From: Candidatus Omnitrophota bacterium
Lineage (GTDB): Bacteria > Omnitrophota > Gorgyraeia > JAGLLT01
NCBI GenBank assembly: GCA_030632085.1
Contig: DAOVJY010000004.1
Coordinates: 16,000 to 79,999 of the forward strand
Direction: 5' to 3'
DNA length: 64,000 bases
Shown: piece after piece, positions 59,127 through 64,000 of the stretch
Numbering within the stretch: position 1 is the stretch's first letter
How the letters are laid out: every line of letters begins with the position of its first letter
Translations under genes and position numbers: made by a program
The notes under the pieces: model-generated
The model's input: the letters and a program-made list of their open reading frames with translations, nothing else
What the model was told of the DNA's origin: nothing
The model's database searches: none

Positions 59127-59900
59127 TTAACAACATTTCACCATTTTATAATTAATATATAACCCATAAAGCGTAAGCTGTTTATCTACGCGGTCAATAC
59201 CCGGCACAAACTTCTCAAACAACACCGCGTCTCCTCCGGTAGCGATAACTTTAAGTTTAGCACCATACTTATTTTTAAACCTCTTTATAATGCCTTCGCA
59301 GGCAGCAGCCGTCGCATAAACAATCCCATTTTGAATACTGGTTTTAGTATCTTTACCGATTAAGCCCAATGGTTTCTTCGGTTCGATTAAAGGTAATAAT
59401 TCAGCTTTAGATGATAACGCGGCTAATGAAGTTCTAATCCCGGGCATAATAATTCCACCCAGATATTCATTATTTCTATTTACCATATCAAATGTTATCG
59501 CCGTACCAAAATCAATGATTAAGGTATTATTTTTAGGATAAGTATTATATGCCGCGATAGCATTAAGAAGCCTGTCCGCTCCAACTTGCTTAGGCCTTTT
59601 ATATCTATTTTTTATAGCGTACTTAAGGTTTTTACCTGTCTGGTATATATTTTTAATACCCATTTCCTTCAGGGCTAATCTAAAGGCTTTATCAATTGAA
59701 GGAACAACACTGCAGAATATTGCCGCATCAATTTTACTTACGCGAATATTCTTTTCTTTAGTGTGTTTTTTCAGCAGCCTGCTATAGAAATTTTTGTCTT
59801 TGTTTTTTTCAACCTTTACGCGCCCGAAACCGGAAATCGCGTTTGCCTTGATAAAACCTACAGTTATGGAACTGTTGCCTATATCGGCTAGAAGTATCAT
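59127..59900 (-). CDS. coaX: Type III pantothenate kinase
   Basis: MILLADIGNSSITVGF, DFGTAITFD, ATGGDA motifs. Confidence 0.9.
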   Translation of the reverse strand: MILLADIGNSSITVGFIKANAISGFGRVKVEKNKDKNFYSRLLKKHTKEKNIRVSKIDAAIFCSVVPSIDKAFRLALKEMGIKNIYQTGKNLKYAIKNRYKRPKQVGADRLLNAIAAYNTYPKNNTLIIDFGTAITFDMVNRNNEYLGGIIMPGIRTSLAALSSKAELLPLIEPKKPLGLIGKDTKTSIQNGIVYATAAACEGIIKRFKNKYGAKLKVIATGGDAVLFEKFVPGIDRVDKQLTLYGLYINYKMVKCC

Positions 59901-59902
59901 TA

Positions 59903-60709
59903 TTATCTTTTATTTCCTATTATTTTTATCTTATCAGCACTCTCAATATTCTCTATCATACCATTGTCCGTTCTGATAAGCAGCGCTCCGGAGCTCTCAT
60001 CGACACCCATAATCATACCGTACATTATATCATTGTTTTTAGATATTTCCACTCTTAAACCAATCTGATAACAACGCCTGTTCCATAGTTTATATACATC
60101 CTGGAGCTTATTTTCATTTAGACGAATATAATACTCATCAAGTTGATTAATGATCATAGCGATAAGTTCAGACCTTTTTTTAAATTGCCCGCTGGCTTCA
60201 CATAAGCTTATACTTTCCGGTGGAATTTCACCGGTTAAGCTGTTTACATTTACTCCTATCCCTACTATTAAATATACTTGCCTGCCGGTTCCCCACGAAG
60301 TTTCAGCTAAAATTCCGGCAACCTTTTTATTTTGTACGATAATATCATTCGGCCATTTAATATAAGCCTTCAAGTTATATAATTTCTCAATTGCCAAACA
60401 GACGGCCACGCTTGAGGCAATATAAAACCTGGATAACTCAACCTGCCCGGCTCTTGGCATTAAGAGCACCGAGAAATAAACTCCCCCTTTAGGCGAAACC
60501 CATTTTCTGCCTAATCTCCCTTTGCCCCGCGCCTGAGAAGAAGCAATAAAAATTGCCCCGTCATTTTCTACTTTATCCGCGTGTTTTTTTGCCTCATCAT
60601 TAGTTGACTCCACTTCATTAAAGCAATATATTTTGCGGCCTATCTTTCGGGTCTTAATACGGGAAATTATATCTTCCGGGCTTATCATATCGTTTAGCTT
60701 ATTAATCAT
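59903..60709 (-). CDS. birA: Biotin-[acetyl-CoA-carboxylase] ligase (catalytic domain only, no N-terminal HTH)
   Basis: GRGKGRLGRKWVSPKGG biotin-binding loop; KWPNDI. Confidence 0.88.
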   Translation of the reverse strand: MINKLNDMISPEDIISRIKTRKIGRKIYCFNEVESTNDEAKKHADKVENDGAIFIASSQARGKGRLGRKWVSPKGGVYFSVLLMPRAGQVELSRFYIASSVAVCLAIEKLYNLKAYIKWPNDIIVQNKKVAGILAETSWGTGRQVYLIVGIGVNVNSLTGEIPPESISLCEASGQFKKRSELIAMIINQLDEYYIRLNENKLQDVYKLWNRRCYQIGLRVEISKNNDIMYGMIMGVDESSGALLIRTDNGMIENIESADKIKIIGNKR

Positions 60710-60870
60710 GCTTTAACTTTTTCTTTTCTTGAAATATCTTGCTTTATTTTCCTTAGGTATCTGTCTGTGAAATATAAGCCTCCGGCTTTAATGCTTTTAT
60801 ATAAAGCATCAATTGCTTTAGGCTGGTCTCCTTGTGGGGTAAAATTTGTAGTTAACTTAAAAAGACTCAT
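60706..60870 (-). pseudogene. Remnant of uvrB 5' end (first about 33 codons recognisable, then divergent and terminated)
   Basis: Minus-strand ORF MSLFKLTTNFTPQGDQPKAIDALYKSIKAGG.. matches the UvrB N-terminus (..F(K/E)L.S.(Y/F).PQGDQPKAI..L..GI..G) but diverges before the Walker A (GxTGSGKT) and stops after 54 codons; ATGA-coupled to birA. Confidence 0.55.
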
Positions 60871-60871
60871 T

Positions 60872-61750
60872 TTAGATAATCTTTAAAGCCATGTCTAAAG
60901 ACGGATTGGAGTGCGTGAGGGCTCCTATGGAAATCATATCAACTTTGCAAACGGCTAATTTGCGGATATTTGAGAGTTTAACATTACCGGAGACTTCTAT
61001 GGCTATCTTTTTGTGGTTTCCGTTAGACTTATAAAACTCATTTTTTAATAAAATAGCTTCTTTTATCTGTTTTATTGACATATTATCAAGCATTATAATA
61101 TCCGGTTCAGACTTAATCACATCAAGCAGCTGCCCAACCTTCTTTATTTCCACTTCAATATCTTTTTTAGTTCTTCTTCGAGCAAGGCGCACGCACTCAG
61201 CCGGAGATAAACCTGAGGCCTTGATATGATTGTCCTTAATTAAAACCTTATCGTACAATCCCATACGGTGGTTATGCCCACCGGCAACCTTGACGGCATA
61301 TTTTTCAAAATACCTTAATCCAATAGTTGTCTTTCTGGTATCTACGATTTTAGTTTTATAACCCTTTACGTCTTTTACAAATTTATAGGTTAAAGTGGCC
61401 ACCCCTGATAAATGAGAGATGATATTAAGGGCTATCCTTTCAATCTTAAGGATGTCGCGGGCATTGCCGTACACCTTGGCAATTATCTTTGCTTTCTTTG
61501 CCTTACCCACATTGATAAAATCACCGTCTTTCACAAAAGCTTTAAATTTGATAGATTTATTTGTAAACTTCAGGAAAAGTTTCAGTATATCAAGCCCCGC
61601 GATAATCCCCGGTTCACGCAATATCAAATTAGCATGTATTTTAAGGCTTTTATCTATAGTAATGGAAGATGTAATATCTCCCTTTTTTACATCTTCATTA
61701 AGGCCAATCCTTAATAATTCTTTTACTTTTTTTTCATCAATTTTAATCAT
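60872..61750 (-). CDS. nadC: Nicotinate-nucleotide pyrophosphorylase (quinolinate phosphoribosyltransferase)
   Basis: LNEDV..GDITS, DTRKTTIGLR, GGHNHRMGLYD, LDNM blocks. Confidence 0.9.
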   Translation of the reverse strand: MIKIDEKKVKELLRIGLNEDVKKGDITSSITIDKSLKIHANLILREPGIIAGLDILKLFLKFTNKSIKFKAFVKDGDFINVGKAKKAKIIAKVYGNARDILKIERIALNIISHLSGVATLTYKFVKDVKGYKTKIVDTRKTTIGLRYFEKYAVKVAGGHNHRMGLYDKVLIKDNHIKASGLSPAECVRLARRRTKKDIEVEIKKVGQLLDVIKSEPDIIMLDNMSIKQIKEAILLKNEFYKSNGNHKKIAIEVSGNVKLSNIRKLAVCKVDMISIGALTHSNPSLDMALKII

Positions 61751-62474
61751 TAATTATGCCTACCATATTTTTTAATCGCGCCAGTTCATCTTCACTTAAA
61801 TTCCTATACTTACCTTCTTCTAAATTCTTAAGCTCAATATTTCCAACCTTAAGCCTTATTAAATCATATACTCTGTAGTGTAAAATTGAAAACATAGATC
61901 TAATCTGCCTCTTCAAGCCCTGATGTATTGTTAAATTAACCAAAGACCCCTTCTTTACTTCGTCATGTTTAACGGAATTTATCTCGGCCGAGACCGTCAC
62001 ACCTTCATCTATTTCAACACCCTTCTCCAGCTTCTTAACATCGGCAGCCTTTAGATAAGGTTTTGTAAAAACCTCATAAACTTTATCTATTTCGTAACTT
62101 GGATGCATTACCCTGTGCGCCAACTCCCCATCATTAGTCAACAATAAGAGCCCTCTGGTATTTTTATCCAGGCGCCCTATAGGATAAATTCTTTCTTTAA
62201 TATCAACTAAATCCAAAACTTTTTTCTTTGCGTGCCTGTCTTTTAGGCTGCATATATAGCCGGCAGGTTTATTTAAAAGAATATAAATCTTTTGACTAAC
62301 CACGGGATTTATTCGCTTATTATTAAAAAGAACAATATCTTTATCGGCGTCAATTTCCGCTACCGGATTTCGCGTTACTTTACCATTTATCTTAATCTGC
62401 CCGGACTTTATATAATCAGTACTTTTTCTGCGTGAGCCTATTTGACAATTAAGTATATAACGGTAAAGAAGCAT
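61743..62474 (-). CDS. Pseudouridine synthase, RsuA/RluB family (S4 domain plus catalytic domain)
   Basis: S4 N-terminus (IKINGKV), catalytic GRLDKNTRGLLLLTNDGELAHR with Asp nucleophile. Confidence 0.85.
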   Translation of the reverse strand: MLLYRYILNCQIGSRRKSTDYIKSGQIKINGKVTRNPVAEIDADKDIVLFNNKRINPVVSQKIYILLNKPAGYICSLKDRHAKKKVLDLVDIKERIYPIGRLDKNTRGLLLLTNDGELAHRVMHPSYEIDKVYEVFTKPYLKAADVKKLEKGVEIDEGVTVSAEINSVKHDEVKKGSLVNLTIHQGLKRQIRSMFSILHYRVYDLIRLKVGNIELKNLEEGKYRNLSEDELARLKNMVGIIND

Positions 62475-62478
62475 ATTT

Positions 62479-64000
62479 TTAGCTTATTTCTTTTAGAGCC
62501 GCTTTTAACTCTTTCATTTTGAGGTTATACTCATCCATTCGCTGCCTCTGCTGATTAACGACCTCTTTCGGCGCCTTGCTTAAGAAAGCCTTATTTTCAA
62601 GGCGATTATGTATATTATTTATTTCTCTTTCAACAACATTAATTTCTTTATTAAGCTTCTCCTTTTCATTGTCAATATCAATCAAACCTTCCAGTAAAAT
62701 GTACGCCTTGATAGCTTTATAGACAACAACTGAACTCGACTTTGAAACAGCTTTATCCTCACTTGTAAAAATTATTTGCTCAATATTTCCAAGTTGTTTA
62801 AAATATTTATCAAGGACTCTAAAATCATCTAATAAACTCTCACGGTCACTTATGACTATTACGCGCGGCAGAGAAGCCATAGGAGCTATGTTAAATTGGG
62901 CTCTTTTATTACGTATAACACCGATTAAACCCATCATATCGTCAAATGAATTTGTAGCCCAGTTCGCCTGATCTAAATCCGGCAATACAGGCCACTCGGA
63001 AAGCATGATAAATTCAGCATCCTTCTTGGGTAACTTCTGCCAGATCTCCTCCGTAATGAAAGGTGCAAATGGATGAAATAATTTAAGCGTATATTTTAAG
63101 CACAAATGTAACATATTTTGAGTTAATTCATCCTCGATATTAATTTTAGCTAATTCAATATACCAATCGCATAATTTATGCCAAAAGAAATCATATAATT
63201 TACTCGACGCCTCATGAAATCTGTAATTTTCCAATGATTCGTCAATAGCTTTTATCGCCTCAAATAGTTCAAAAAGTATCCACTTTTCCGCTATATTACT
63301 TTGGGAAGCAGCTACTTTGCTTATTAAATCTTTAGGTTCATAATTCCTAATTTTAGAATCATCTAAATTCATTAAAATAAACCTGGAAGCATTCCAGAGT
63401 TTATTCATCGCGTTTCTTCCAAATTCAAACTTACTATCCGCCAGGTATAAATCCTCACCAGGAAGCGAAATCAAACTAAATCTTAAGGCATCCGCACCGT
63501 GTTTCTCTATTATTTCTAAGGGATCTATGGCATTACCCAGCGACTTACTCATCTTTCTTCCTTTATCGTCGCGGACGGTTCCGTGAATATAAACGTCGCT
63601 AAAAGGAATCTTCCCCATAAATTTAAGCCCCGACATTATCATCCGCGCCACCCAGAAAAATATAATCTCAGAAGCCGTAACCAGCGTAGAGGTTGGATAA
63701 AAATACTCTAAATCAGCTTTCTGTTTTTTCTCCTTTGCTGATAGCTGACGGCTGACGGCTGACGGCTGACTAAAGGGCCATCCAAAAATGGCAAAAGGCC
63801 ATAACCAGGAACTAAACCAGGTATCTAACACATCCGGATCCTGGAAAATTTCAGTACATCCGCACTTAGGGCACTTATTTGGTTTTTCTCCAACAGCTAT
63901 AATACCTATTTCCTCATAGGAAATTTCAACCGGCAAGGTGACTTTCAAACTTTTTTTATTCTCTGTGTATATTTTATAGCAATCACTGCAATACCAAGCC
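62479..64000 (-). CDS. valS: Valyl-tRNA synthetase, C-terminal about 500 aa (5' part beyond window end)
   Basis: KMSKS motif, DTWFSS, IIFFWVARMIM, C-terminal coiled coil; reading frame stays open upstream of the TTG listed by the ORF track (..AWYCSDCYKIYTENKKSLKVTLPVE..) to nt 64000. Confidence 0.92.
   Translation of the reverse strand, partial: AWYCSDCYKIYTENKKSLKVTLPVEISYEEIGIIAVGEKPNKCPKCGCTEIFQDPDVLDTWFSSWLWPFAIFGWPFSQPSAVSRQLSAKEKKQKADLEYFYPTSTLVTASEIIFFWVARMIMSGLKFMGKIPFSDVYIHGTVRDDKGRKMSKSLGNAIDPLEIIEKHGADALRFSLISLPGEDLYLADSKFEFGRNAMNKLWNASRFILMNLDDSKIRNYEPKDLISKVAASQSNIAEKWILFELFEAIKAIDESLENYRFHEASSKLYDFFWHKLCDWYIELAKINIEDELTQNMLHLCLKYTLKLFHPFAPFITEEIWQKLPKKDAEFIMLSEWPVLPDLDQANWATNSFDDMMGLIGVIRNKRAQFNIAPMASLPRVIVISDRESLLDDFRVLDKYFKQLGNIEQIIFTSEDKAVSKSSSVVVYKAIKAYILLEGLIDIDNEKEKLNKEINVVEREINNIHNRLENKAFLSKAPKEVVNQQRQRMDEYNLKMKELKAALKEIS
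63737..63771. repeat. Tandem heptanucleotide repeat (GCTGACG)x3 flanked by two degenerate units, inside valS coding sequence
   Basis: GCTGATA GCTGACG GCTGACG GCTGACG GCTGACT; encodes ..QPSAVSRQLSA.. within an insertion relative to E. coli ValRS (between GWP and DLEYFYPTS). Confidence 0.85.

Overview
This 64-kb window is low-GC (about 36%) bacterial chromosome and is densely coding: roughly 70 CDS and one tRNA. The host appears to be diderm, since it carries an OM porin-like beta-barrel protein ending in Phe, other OM beta-barrels, and SPOR/LysM/M23 envelope proteins.

The first half is on the + strand. It holds a thiamine cluster (ThiE-associated ORF, thiE, thiC, PfkB kinase), dnaE, HU, hisS, a dGTPase, a GAF-HD-GYP protein, aroB, yjbQ and several envelope proteins and peptidases. 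The segment at 26.5-32.9 kb looks accessory; its contents are listed below.

The second half is on the - strand and is a housekeeping block: valS (partial), rsuA-like, nadC, birA, coaX, groES/groEL with a CIRCE operator, an IMPDH-family protein, aspS, a LysM lipoprotein, phoH, pgpH, ybeY, a dgkA-PAP2 fusion, DUF502, mgtE, recO, glyQ, glyS, ppdK, a sigA-like sigma-70, tRNA-Arg(CCU), a porin, LOG, a PurF-like protein and rtcB.

The features most worth a second look are:
- The accessory segment at 26.5-32.9 kb contains a tRNA-binding protein, a CxxCxxCC protein and a PP-loop ATPase in one module, a DUF493 protein with a Lys-rich internal-repeat protein, and a secreted PLD/Nuc-like nuclease fused to winged-helix domains.
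- The same segment carries an XRE-Panacea (DUF4065) plus DUF2007/Zn-ribbon two-gene cassette bracketed by about 50-bp direct repeats. This is a candidate undescribed toxin-antitoxin-like module.
- A dispersed family of heptanucleotide arrays (TCACAAG/AGCTAAG) and an identical 40-mer occur at five or more loci. One array encodes a K-rich tail on the sigma factor.
- A 7-bp tandem repeat sits inside valS.
- A 54-codon uvrB 5' remnant is wedged between nadC and birA.
- A PurF-like protein has Ser in place of the catalytic Cys1.
- The thiE region is split or frameshifted at a poly-A run.

All calls rest on reading the translations and motifs by eye. No database searches were run.
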